Part shown: piece by piece, positions 55,193 to 64,000 of the stretch
How the letters are laid out: the number at the start of each line of letters is the position of its first letter
Numbering within the stretch: position 1 is the first letter of the stretch
Source: Rhizobium sp. Q54
GTDB taxonomy: Bacteria > Pseudomonadota > Alphaproteobacteria > ATCC43930 > CGMCC-115725
Direction: 5' to 3'
DNA: 64,000 bases
Assembly: GCA_945861155.1 (NCBI GenBank)
Contig: CAMATN010000004.1
Span: forward strand, 3,237 to 67,236
Translations under genes and position numbers: made by a program
The notes under the pieces: model-generated
What the model was told of the DNA's origin: nothing
Seen by the model: the letters and a program-made list of their open reading frames with translations, nothing else
Databases searched by the model: none

Positions 55193-55645
55193 ATGCTGGA
55201 AAACCGAGAGGGCGGTTGCCATTGCGGCCGGGTACGGTTTCGCGCCCGGGTCGATTTGGACCGGTTGTCGCAGTGCAACTGTACCGTTTGCACCAAGAAG
55301 GGGATCCTTCACCTGCCCATCGCGCCGGAGGATTTCGAATTGCTGCGGGGCAAGACCTCGCTAACCACCTATACTTTCGGCACCGGGGTGGCGCAGCACA
55401 GTTTCTGCTCCAATTGCGGCATGCACGCGTTTTACGTGCCGCGCTCGCAACCCGACAAGATCACCGTCAACGCGCGCTGTCTCGACGGCATCGACGGGCC
55501 GAGCCTTAAGCCGACCCGGTTCTTTGAAGGCCGCCACTGGGAGGAAGCCCAGCGCAGGCGGATCGCGGAAGAAGGGCGCGCGCCCGCAACCGGGTTGAAC
55601 GGGGCGGTGACGCTGCAGGGCATCCTGGACCGCGCGCCCGAATAA
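55193..55645 (+). CDS. GFA/CENP-V family protein
   Basis: GGCHCGRVRF, CNCTVC, FCSNCG. Confidence 0.9.
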   Translation: MLENREGGCHCGRVRFRARVDLDRLSQCNCTVCTKKGILHLPIAPEDFELLRGKTSLTTYTFGTGVAQHSFCSNCGMHAFYVPRSQPDKITVNARCLDGIDGPSLKPTRFFEGRHWEEAQRRRIAEEGRAPATGLNGAVTLQGILDRAPE

Positions 55646-55858
55646 CTTCGCCCGCGACCAGCGCGTTGCAACAACGGTAACGAGAGGTGGCGGAGGGGAT
55701 GTCCGCATCATTATCAAAAATTGTCGCGCGATATCCGTTGGTTATATTTCAGAGTGGCACCAATTCCCCCACTCATTCCCCCTTCAGCATCGCGCTTGAC
55801 CGATACCGCATGATGCAGCGGGATACAAGCTATGCACAGCGCGCAGGCGGTTGTCACC

Positions 55859-56097
55859 TCATCGCGTCGCCCCGCTGACAACGAAATCGATCTCCCGCCC
55901 GCCGCAGGCCGAGCACCGCAGCCGCGCCGCCCAATCGATGACGGTCGTTGCCTCGCCGTGGTGCTCAGCTTGGTCGGCGACGTCGGGCTCGGCGCGGTGC
56001 CCACACCCTTGCACCACACGAGCAGCCGGACCTTTGCGGCGAGCGCCTGGCCCAGCGTCATCGGCGCCGACTCGCCCTCGCTTCGATTGCGCCTCAT
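55859..56097 (-). pseudogene. Frameshifted small zinc-finger protein
   Basis: MTLGQALAAKVRLLVWCK in one frame continues as CGHRAEPD...RLRCSACG in another. Confidence 0.6.
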
Positions 56098-56106
56098 AAT
56101 CCTGCA

Positions 56107-56284
56107 ATGACGCCCGATCTCACCGACGACGACAAGGGCGATCCTCGCCGAGCTGCTGCGCGAGACGATCGAGCGCGACCGCTACCCGCTGTCGCCGCGC
56201 ATCCGCAGCCTGAAGGCGATCCTCGGCAAGCTCTCGCCGCGGGGCGGAGATGACCCATTTGGCGAGGCTCAGACGCGGCGTTAG
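56107..56284 (+). pseudogene. Frameshifted small protein (MTPDLTDDDK/AILAELLRETIERDRYPLSPRIRSLKAILGKL)
   Basis: Removing one G in AAGGGCG restores a continuous helical ORF. Confidence 0.5.
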
Positions 56285-56405
56285 GGCGGGGCGTTGGCGA
56301 AGAAGCAGCGGAGGGTGCCGGCCGCTGTCGACGATTAACCCACTCGAAAGAGATTCCGTGTAATTTGGCCTACTCGTTGGGACACACCCCTATTGGAGCA
56401 GTCAG

Positions 56406-56567
56406 ATGATCAGCACCTTGAGGCAGCTATTTAAGAACGAAAACGGAGCCACCGCGATTGAGTACGGCCTGATCGCCGCGTTGATCGCCGTCGCCGCGAT
56501 CGCCGCGTTCCAGCTCGTCGGCACCAACCTGAGCAGCATGTTCAACACCGTCGCCGGCCAGCTGTAA
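56406..56567 (+). CDS. Flp-family pilin (53 aa)
   Basis: MISTLRQLFKNENGATAIEYGLIAALIAVAAIAAFQLVGTNLSSMFNTVAGQL; GGAG RBS; below the ORF-track cutoff. Confidence 0.93.
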   Translation: MISTLRQLFKNENGATAIEYGLIAALIAVAAIAAFQLVGTNLSSMFNTVAGQL

Positions 56568-56741
56568 TCCCGCTGCGCTCCGGCATATCGCGCTCGACGG
56601 GCTCCCGGCGGCCGATATTAGCGCCAGGAGCGGCATTTTCCCGCGCCGAGCGGCGCCAGCCATGGCAGTAATCACCACGGCTGGCGGCCGTCAGACCGAA
56701 AGGGGGTCGTCAATAGTGGACACCCTTGGCGCCCAGGGCGC

Positions 56742-57028
56742 TCAGCGCGGATCGGTGCCGCCCGGACCGTAGGCGGCCCGGCGCCGGTCGAGCCATTCCT
56801 TCATGCTGTGCTTATTGAGCCATGCAGCGGCGGCGGCAAGCGCGGCGGCTTGGTGGAAGCGTCTTTCTCGTCGCTGACCGGGCCGCCCTCGCGCAGCACG
56901 TCGCCGCTCAGCTTGTCCGCCGCGATCACGCCCGCGAACTCGACCAGGGCCAAGATCGCGTCGGCCGTGCTCGGTGTCTCCCAGAGCCAATCATCAACGG
57001 CAAGCCCTGCACACAGCGCCTGAGACAA
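56742..57028 (-). pseudogene. Frameshifted hypothetical gene remnant
   Basis: ...VEFAGVIAADKL...EKDA appears to continue in a second frame as FHQAAALAAAAAWLNK. Confidence 0.4.
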
Positions 57029-57133
57029 TTTAGCGCCGAGGCGAACGCATCGAATACCGACTTGTCCGCGTTTGCCTCAACGGACGCGGACAAGCCCCGC
57101 CCTCAGCGCAACGTGTTCAAAAGGTTTCTCACA

Positions 57134-57397
57134 ATGAATGTTTCGATGAAGATCGATCCCGACAGGGCGCTGAACGGCGATTTCGGCGAAAATTCTGACC
57201 GCCCTGGCTGGGTACAAGGCTGGGGTGTCATTAAGGGGCCGCCCGAGGATCGCGAATTTGCCGGTATCTTTGTGAACCGGGATGACGCCGAAGCCGAAGC
57301 CGAAAGGGCCGGTCCCGGCTTCGAGGCGCGATGGGGAAGTTTCTACAAGAGCGAGAGCGACTTCATCACCGGCGACACGGACGCCCCGGTGCCCTGA
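57134..57397 (+). CDS. Small hypothetical protein
   Basis: MNVSMKIDPDRALNGDFGE... with protein-like composition. Confidence 0.5.
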   Translation: MNVSMKIDPDRALNGDFGENSDRPGWVQGWGVIKGPPEDREFAGIFVNRDDAEAEAERAGPGFEARWGSFYKSESDFITGDTDAPVP

Positions 57398-57589
57398 CCG
57401 CCAGGCAAGCCCACGGCCTCCGCGCAATGGGGTCGGCCCTTCTGACCTACGCGTCCGCCCGGGATGGCCCTGCTGGAGCCCGTTACACGCACGAAAGCCC
57501 CGGACCCTCCCCCCCACAGTCCGACAGCGAACAGCGCCACAGGCGCTCACCGTTCGTGGGTTGCCGGGGCTTTAGCAGGACGATGCACC

Positions 57590-58037
57590 ATGGCCTTCCG
57601 CTTTTCGCGACGCATCAAGATCCTGCCCGGGCTCTCGCTCAAACCTCGGCAAGCGCGGTGCCTCCGTCTCGGCCGGCGTGCCGGGCGCGCGGTTCACGGT
57701 CGGCAGCAGCGGGGCGCGCTCGACGATCGGCATACCCGGAACCGGGCACAGCTACACGATGACGCAAGGCGGGCGGCGCACGCCCGAGCCTGTGCCGCCC
57801 AGGCGTCCAGAAGCGATCCGCCGGCTGATCGAGATTGCGCTCAAATCAACAGTCGCCATGATTATTTGCGCGCCTCTTGCATTGGCCGCGGCTACGGGCA
57901 ACGAATCTCACGATCGCCTGACCGCCCTATCCCCGAGAGAACAAGCCCTTTTGTTGGGCTCACTGGACCCGGATGGACGGTGCATCGGAACGTACGCATT
58001 CACTCAAACTCAGCTACATGGAGCGTCCGTTGCGCAA
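57590..58037 (+). pseudogene. Frameshifted DUF4236-like gene
   Basis: MAFRFSRRIKILPGLSL then, in another frame, GARFTVG...TIGIPGTGHSY; ends at the IS5 relic. Confidence 0.7.
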
Positions 58038-58249
58038 GGAAACACTGAAATAAGGCGTCTTTTCGCCGCTCGCATCGGGTAGAATCGGCTGGTTCGTGGG
58101 GGTCGGGGGCGGGCCGATGGAGCGGCAGGGGAGCTTTTTGCAGGCGGAATACGCCGGCAAGAAGAGGCAGACGCGGCGCGACAAGTTCTTGGCCGAGATG
58201 GAGGCGGTGGTGCCGTGGGCGCGGCTGGTGGAGCGGCTGCGGCCGCTAC
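58038..58249 (+). mobile_element. IS5-family relic: probable left end and first ~43 codons of the transposase
   Basis: GGAAACACTGAAATAAG IR-like end; MERQGSFLQAEYAGKKRQTRRDKFLAEMEAVVPWARL from 58117. Confidence 0.8.
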
Positions 58250-58600
58250 CTGCCGCTCGACCCATCGCGAACTCCCCTATCGATACGTTGTTTCGGCTCC
58301 GAGGCGCTTCACTCGCATCGATTCGAGGGATTACACTGCGTTCCGGCGCCGCCCAGCGCTGGATTAGCAGAACGAGTCGAGATACTGAAGGAACTCATGC
58401 CGCCGAGCATGCGGGATGTTCCGGTGATCTTCGCCGCCTTGCACTTTATCGTATCGTAGGCACCAGAGATGGACCGGCACATACTCCCGGATGAGCTGAC
58501 GAATAACGATCTGGTTTAGCCCGCGATGTTCTTTGTTGTTGATCGCTTCGGCCAAAGCCTCGTCCGTGATCGTACTAGACGGCGGTACCACTTTGACTTC

Positions 58601-58762
58601 TCAGAGGCCGTTTGCGGCATTGCTGAAGAACCCCGTGACCGAGGTGCCAATCGACATCAGCAAGGCTATGAGAAGCAGCGCGATGAACAACACGATCATC
58701 GCGTATTCGATAGCAGTGGCCCCGGATCGGGCAGTCAGGAGCCGAATTAAGGTGATCTGCAT
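58601..58762 (-). CDS. Second Flp-family pilin (53 aa)
   Basis: MQITLIRLLTARSGATAIEYAMIVLFIALLLIALLMSIGTSVTGFFSNAANGL; below the ORF-track cutoff. Confidence 0.85.
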   Translation of the reverse strand: MQITLIRLLTARSGATAIEYAMIVLFIALLLIALLMSIGTSVTGFFSNAANGL

Positions 58763-58807
58763 GACAATTTGAAGCCGGAAAATCGGAGCATTTCTGTATC
58801 CCTTCGT

Positions 58808-59284
58808 CTATTCGATGCAGCTGCTGAACGCACCGAACGCCAGCCGCACGAGTGCGCCATCGTCGGCGGTTAGCGGTATGAACGCGGCGCGATACAGTTC
58901 CCGCCGGCCGTCCTCCCGCTCCACCGCCCCCTCAAGCCGCACGGGAGCGTCCCCAGCGACGGCATCCCGGCAGCCGCGCAAGAATACGTCCGAAAACCGC
59001 TTCGGCACTTTTCGGGTGAGCGCCCGCGACGGCGTCTTTCGCGGAAGCATTTCGAGCAGGCGGCCAAAATCAGCGCCGTGAAGCAATAGCGCCGTATCCT
59101 CAATGTCTGGACCGATGGCGAGGATAAATCGATGCGACCAGTCCTCAGTATGGAGGGCTTCGAGATCGAGCGCGGCGATCGTCGCATTTCCCTTAAGCGC
59201 GGTCACCCTGTCCCGCCAATAGGCGATGGCACGTTCGGGTATGCGCCGCTCCTGTCCCTGAAGCCGCTCCTCGACAACTGTCAT
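58808..59284 (-). CDS. Stand-alone PAS-like domain protein
   Basis: AIAYW..., RFIL, LYRAAFIPL..DG...AFGA pattern. Confidence 0.6.
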   Translation of the reverse strand: MTVVEERLQGQERRIPERAIAYWRDRVTALKGNATIAALDLEALHTEDWSHRFILAIGPDIEDTALLLHGADFGRLLEMLPRKTPSRALTRKVPKRFSDVFLRGCRDAVAGDAPVRLEGAVEREDGRRELYRAAFIPLTADDGALVRLAFGAFSSCIE

Positions 59285-59709
59285 TGTAATCCGCCGCGGT
59301 CGCGTCGACAATCCATCATGCTACCGCGGAGCCGTTAACGTCATGTTACTCGACGCTTGGATCACTCAAGGTGTTGACGGAGATGCTGGCTCGATCAGTA
59401 TGCCCCTGGGCGCTGATTTGGCCCCTCGACAGAGCGGCGCCGCCGCTTCACATTTGCCCCCCGCTGCGCCCGATCGTGCGACGCCTCAGACTCCTATCGA
59501 TCTCGCCCCCTTGGTCGTCCTGCCGGGATCATTGCCGCTGGCGGGCCGCGCACTCGAGGCGAAGTCTCGTAAAGAGTCCCGAAAACGCGCGCACGTTCTA
59601 TCCGATTTCAGGACCTTCACACATTTAATGAATTAGTAAGAAAAACCCCGCAAAATGATGCGGGCCATCGGGTACCAACCTTCTGCCGTGAAGGAGCGGC
59701 TCGATTGAG

Positions 59710-61107
59710 ATGATGAACAAAATTTCGCGTTTACGCGCTCTGGCGCGACATTTCGTTGACGATCAGCGCGGTGTAACCGCGATCGTAACAGCCATTGGCC
59801 TGCTCGTGATATTGGGTTTTGCCGGGTTGGCAATCGACGTCGGTTATTGGCAAGTCGCGTTGTCCAGAATGCAGAAGACAGCCGATAGAGCCGCCGCCGC
59901 CGGGGCCACGGCGCTGTTGGCCGGAGGAAGCGGCTCCAACGCAATCCTTCAAAGCAGGGCCATCGCGGCAACCTCCGGATTCGTCCACAACACCGACGGG
60001 ACAACGGTCGCCGTCAACATGCCGCCGAGTGCCGGCCCCAATCAGAGCAACTCCTCCGCCGTTGAGGTCATCATCACGCAGCCACAACCGCGTTGGTTCA
60101 CCCGTTTCTTTGTCGCAACGGCGCCGATTGCGCGGGGGAGAGCGGTGGCGATGCCCGGAGCTTCCGCAGCCGCCTGCATACTGGCCTTGCATCCGACCGC
60201 TCCCAACACGATAGATGTCTCCGGAAATCCGACGATCAGTGCGCCTGATTGCGTGGTCGTGTCGGACTCGAACAGTACTAGCGCAGTTCACCTCCAGGGC
60301 AGCGCCAGCCTGACCGCCGCGACGGTCGTCACTCCCGGCCAGATCGCCTTCACCGGCAATGCCTATACCCTCACTTTGGGTTCTCCAGCGCAGACCGGCG
60401 CACAACCCGTTCCCGACCCCTACGCCAGCACGCTGACCCACGCTGCGCTGACGGCGGGCATGCCGACCACCCCCGCCTGCACCAGGAGCGGCAACACGTG
60501 GTCCGGCAATTGCGTTGTTCCTGGCGGTTCGATAGGGAACGGGCGCACACTTTCCGCCAATACCCGCATTTCCGGCGGATTGTCGATCAAGAATACGACG
60601 GTGAACTTGTCGCCGGGGACTTATTGGGTCACCGATGGCGACTTGGAGCTTGATAGCGGAAGTGGGGCAACCCTCAGATGCCCGACCTGCACGCCGGGCG
60701 GAGCGGGGGTCACGATCATTCTGACAACGGCCCAATCGAGCGGCGGGACAGTCGGCACCTTAGAACTGAAGTCCAATGCGAACCTGAATCTGAATGCGCC
60801 GAGTTCAGGCACCTTCGCCGGTAAGGTCATAATCCAGGACTCTCACAGCTTGCCGGCCGGCACGACCATGCATACCACAAGCAACGCGCAGGCTAATGCC
60901 ACGGAGACCCTCGGCGGGCTCGTCTATTTCCCGAAAACGGCCATAACCTTTCAAGGAGGTCCTGGTGCCACAGGGCCAAAATGTTTGGTCCTCGTTGCGA
61001 ATACAATTGGGTGGCAGGGGAATCCGGGCTTTGTCACGTCCGGGTGCGCAAGTGTCGGACTCACAACCCTGCCGCAGGTCCCAAGCGGCACCCGCGTGGT
61101 GGAATGA
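59710..61107 (+). CDS. TadG-like pilus assembly/adhesin protein
   Basis: DQRGVTAIV prepilin-like leader, LAIDVG, MQKTADRAAAAGA; beta-rich C-terminus. Confidence 0.88.
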   Translation: MMNKISRLRALARHFVDDQRGVTAIVTAIGLLVILGFAGLAIDVGYWQVALSRMQKTADRAAAAGATALLAGGSGSNAILQSRAIAATSGFVHNTDGTTVAVNMPPSAGPNQSNSSAVEVIITQPQPRWFTRFFVATAPIARGRAVAMPGASAAACILALHPTAPNTIDVSGNPTISAPDCVVVSDSNSTSAVHLQGSASLTAATVVTPGQIAFTGNAYTLTLGSPAQTGAQPVPDPYASTLTHAALTAGMPTTPACTRSGNTWSGNCVVPGGSIGNGRTLSANTRISGGLSIKNTTVNLSPGTYWVTDGDLELDSGSGATLRCPTCTPGGAGVTIILTTAQSSGGTVGTLELKSNANLNLNAPSSGTFAGKVIIQDSHSLPAGTTMHTTSNAQANATETLGGLVYFPKTAITFQGGPGATGPKCLVLVANTIGWQGNPGFVTSGCASVGLTTLPQVPSGTRVVE

Positions 61108-61237
61108 GGCTGGCAATCAGATTGAGGAGTGGTCCCAATGGCGGGTCAACCGACCTCCACATGAATTCCACAGTCCCTTCGCCGAGCGCGCCGGCGATAG
61201 TTCCCCCACTTCCGGCCGTACCTAAATAACAACCGCT

Positions 61238-62034
61238 CTAGCGGCTGAGGACATTCGTGATCAGCTTGCCCCCGATCGCGAGAACGCCTATTAATGCGCC
61301 GGCATACGTGAAAGGATAGGCTTGCGGCGCGGAACCGGCCCCAAAACCAACCAGCACTAGCTTGCTGCTCACCCTTCAATTCGATGTGAGCTAGGACACC
61401 CACCAAAAGCACTAAAAAGGCCAGTAAAATTGGCGTTAGCAGGCTCACTGCCAATATAAAAAACAGAAAGTCGATGATTTCCAGAACCGAAATCATTGTA
61501 AAAATTACGAGAGCTTCAATCAGGAGAGTGAGAACGATCGTTAGCAATGGGCTGGAGTATTTTATGGCCGACCATCGGCTGTTGTAAATGCGTCGAAATA
61601 TACCCCTCAAAAGCAGGAAGACATGGACTGGAGCAACGACGACTAGGGCGATACAGAAGGCAAATTCAGCGTATTGTATCCATGCGGCGGACCCCAGACT
61701 CCGCTCGACAGCACCGAAACGCAAGGATAGTGATGTGGCGATTTTTAGAATAGGATCTCCTACAAGGAGCAGCGCCCAGGAAACAATGATTAGATTGCCA
61801 GCTAAGAGCAACGAGCTTAGAAACACCCCAATTCTTTTATTAGGCCGTAATACCGCAGTAAAAATTCGCCGCGGTGCATCCAATACCGAAATTGACCTCC
61901 ACCGCAATAAATGCTTGAACTAGCCACAGGCCAACCGTTTGTTTCGCGCCCAGGAAGAAGCTGGATTTGTCCAGGACCTTCCCAATTATTACTGCTAGGC
62001 ACGCCACGGTTATCACTTGAAACCATCCAGACAT
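61238..62034 (-). pseudogene. Lower-GC multi-pass membrane protein gene, probably doubly frameshifted
   Basis: Hydrophobic segments in three successive frames: MSGWFQVITV..., body of ORF 61146..61907, then ...QAYPFTYAGALIGVLAIGGKLITNVLSR. Confidence 0.5.
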
Positions 62035-62540
62035 CTCGTACCGGCTTATTTATCCGAAAGTGGGTTGAATGTCTTGGTCATCGTAGCACGACACTCAGTA
62101 GGTTTCGGCCTACAGGTGCAGGCAGAATCGACGAGGCGACTGTTGAGCCAGCTGTGGTGGCCTTTGAGAGTACGTCGGTTAAATATATGCCACCGGACGC
62201 GACGGAAGAAAAGGTGACATTCTCCCCAGTAATCTATCGGCCCTCCGACAGTCAATCAGCGCGGACGGTGCTCTGCCCTATCCCTTAAATCCGCGTCATC
62301 TCGTGCTACCCGGCCGGCCGGGTAGCACGGAGAACCGTTTGCCGGTGCGGTATCCCCGAACAGGCCTTCAGACAGGTTTTTCGCCTGACAGCTCGTATCT
62401 CCTGGAGGGAACTTGCCCTGGCCCGGCGGGGCGTTTCCAGGGCGGATCTCGGCGTGTTTCCGCTCGTCCGCAAAGTTAACGTTTCCTGCGGGGGCATACT
62501 ATAGTATGCACATCACTTCTCGTTGATCCAGGAACGACCG

Positions 62541-62747
62541 ATGTACAAGATAGAGTTGACGAGGGGCCAGGGATGGAACGCCCCGGTTATCGAGATGCAT
62601 TCCGTGATAGCCAGCACCCACATGGCTGAGGTGGAACGGATGGCGGAAAGGCTGCTCGCCGAGGCTCGGCGCAAACCACGCGGGCCGGATGGGTACCGGA
62701 TCGTTGATTCGGCCGGAAGGCATCTTAAGGCTAACACCCCGCGATGA
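62541..62747 (+). CDS. Small hypothetical protein
   Basis: AGGA RBS, MYKIEL...PDGYRIVDSAG. Confidence 0.5.
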   Translation: MYKIELTRGQGWNAPVIEMHSVIASTHMAEVERMAERLLAEARRKPRGPDGYRIVDSAGRHLKANTPR

Positions 62748-63028
62748 TCGCGTGTCGGGAACTCGCTCGGCGAAAGGCTGTCTTTTTGCCCGCACATACT
62801 CAGAATTAACTGCGGACTCAATCCGGTCCAGAGATCGCTCGCCGGCCTCACGCCATGGGGAATCGGCAGGTCGACCAGGTCGGGAATGAGTCACGGGCGA
62901 TCCTTCAGTTGCGGTCTCGCGACCGCTTTACGGCTATCGCGCGAAATTGTAATTTAATGCTTTCGAAAGGGAGCGGTGCCAGTGTTCCTCTCACTCAGGC
63001 TCTGGTGAGGGTGGACTAAGGACCGTCG

Positions 63029-63592
63029 GTGCGAAGGATGAGATGCATTTTTTCTCAAATGCGGCGGGCCCCGCGTCGCCAGCGTCCCTTGGGGATCTTC
63101 GCGACCGCCGGCCCGGGCGGCGCCAAAAGTCTCCTGGCGCTGGCATGTCGCGCCGTGCTCAATCTGCGAGGGGACCGCGGTGGCACCAGCGCCGTCGAGT
63201 TCGCCCTGATTGCCCCCTTGCTGCTGCTGCTGGCGGTGGGAACGGTCCAATTCGGCCTCACATTGAATAATTATATCCTGCTGACCGAAGCGGTGCGCAC
63301 CGGCTCGCGCCAGTTTGCCGTCAGCCGTGGCAGCAGCGTGAAGCCCTACACCGACTCGATCAACTCGATGCACAGGTCGGCGCCCACCCTCGACCGCGCC
63401 AGCCTGACAATCGCGATCCAGGTCAACGGGGCCTCGTGCTCCGGCGATACAGCCTGCACCAGCGCATTGGCAGCCGCGCAAGGTCAACCCGCGACCGTTG
63501 CCGCGTCCTATCCCTGCAAACTCGTCGTGATGGGGTACGACTTCGCACCGGGCTGTACGCTGGCTTCCTCCACGACGGAGCGCATAGAATGA
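63029..63592 (+). CDS. tadE: TadE-family pseudopilin
   Basis: DRGGTSAVEFALIAPLLLLL...FG, AVRTGSR; start uncertain. Confidence 0.88.
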   Translation: MRRMRCIFSQMRRAPRRQRPLGIFATAGPGGAKSLLALACRAVLNLRGDRGGTSAVEFALIAPLLLLLAVGTVQFGLTLNNYILLTEAVRTGSRQFAVSRGSSVKPYTDSINSMHRSAPTLDRASLTIAIQVNGASCSGDTACTSALAAAQGQPATVAASYPCKLVVMGYDFAPGCTLASSTTERIE

Positions 63593-64000
63593 ATGAGAAG
63601 CTGAAATCCGTTCTGAGCCGCCTCCACCACGACCGGCGCGGCTCGATGGCTGTCATGATGGCGGCCGCGACGCTTCTTTTTGTGGGGATCGGCGCCGTGG
63701 TCGTCGATATCGGATATCTTTTTCACGTTCGCAGCATCCTCCAGGCATCGGCCGACAAGGCGGCATTGGCGGGCGCCCAGGACATCAACTGCTGCAAAAA
63801 TTCGCCAGGTAAGGCGGTGACTACAGCAATTTCGTACAGCGCGGTCAAGGGCAACATGAACGCCGATCCGAAGCTGAACATCACAATGGAGAGCGGGTAC
63901 CCCTCATTGCGATGCTTCACGAGCACCGGGATTCCGTGTTCCGGGCCCGATTCCGCCAACGGAATCGTGGTGAAGCAGCAAACGGATGTTCCGGTATTCT
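63589..64000 (+). CDS. Second TadG-like protein, partial (runs off the window)
   Basis: ATGA overlap with tadE; MNEKLKSVLSRLHHDRRGSMAV...VVDIG...LQASADKAALAGA. Confidence 0.88.
   Translation, partial: MNEKLKSVLSRLHHDRRGSMAVMMAAATLLFVGIGAVVVDIGYLFHVRSILQASADKAALAGAQDINCCKNSPGKAVTTAISYSAVKGNMNADPKLNITMESGYPSLRCFTSTGIPCSGPDSANGIVVKQQTDVPVF

Noticed and set aside
56711..56723. CAATAGTGGACAC resembling an IS3-type IR core
   Set aside because: No terminal TG at the expected distance, no partner IR and no transposase
62080..62220. Possible XRE regulator fragment (TTLSRF...VVAFES)
   Set aside because: Too short and degenerate to support without a search

Overview
High-GC alphaproteobacterial chromosome segment; gene content suggests a Rhodospirillales-like soil organism (inference). 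(1) 1-13.4 kb: capsule export genes (glycosyltransferase, KpsE-like, KpsT-like and an unusual TPR-fused KpsM permease). The kpsM gene is split by a complete 6,895-bp IS1595-family transposon (5061-11955) with 23-bp perfect terminal IRs, an 8-bp target duplication (AATGAGGC) and CGGnnTT ends typical of the ISNha5 subgroup. It carries nine passenger ORFs, mostly uncharacterised. (2) 13.6-55.6 kb: core and catabolic genes. These include agmatinase and ornithine decarboxylase (long leader), three CaiB-type CoA-transferases, a TPP enzyme, an acyl-CoA dehydrogenase, a prepilin peptidase, a Liv-type ABC/amidohydrolase/cyclase cluster, SodC, an extradiol dioxygenase, gltB-gltD interleaved with toxin-antitoxin modules, RlpA, and a capsule export lipoprotein with a glycosyltransferase. 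Dispersed palindromic repeats occur throughout. (3) 55.7-64 kb: a decaying accessory region beginning at a possible tRNA-Ser att remnant, with frameshifted genes, an IS5 relic, two short Flp pilins missed by the ORF track, and TadG/TadE genes. No rRNA, intact tRNA or CRISPR array was seen. All product calls rest on motif recognition by eye; no database search was run.
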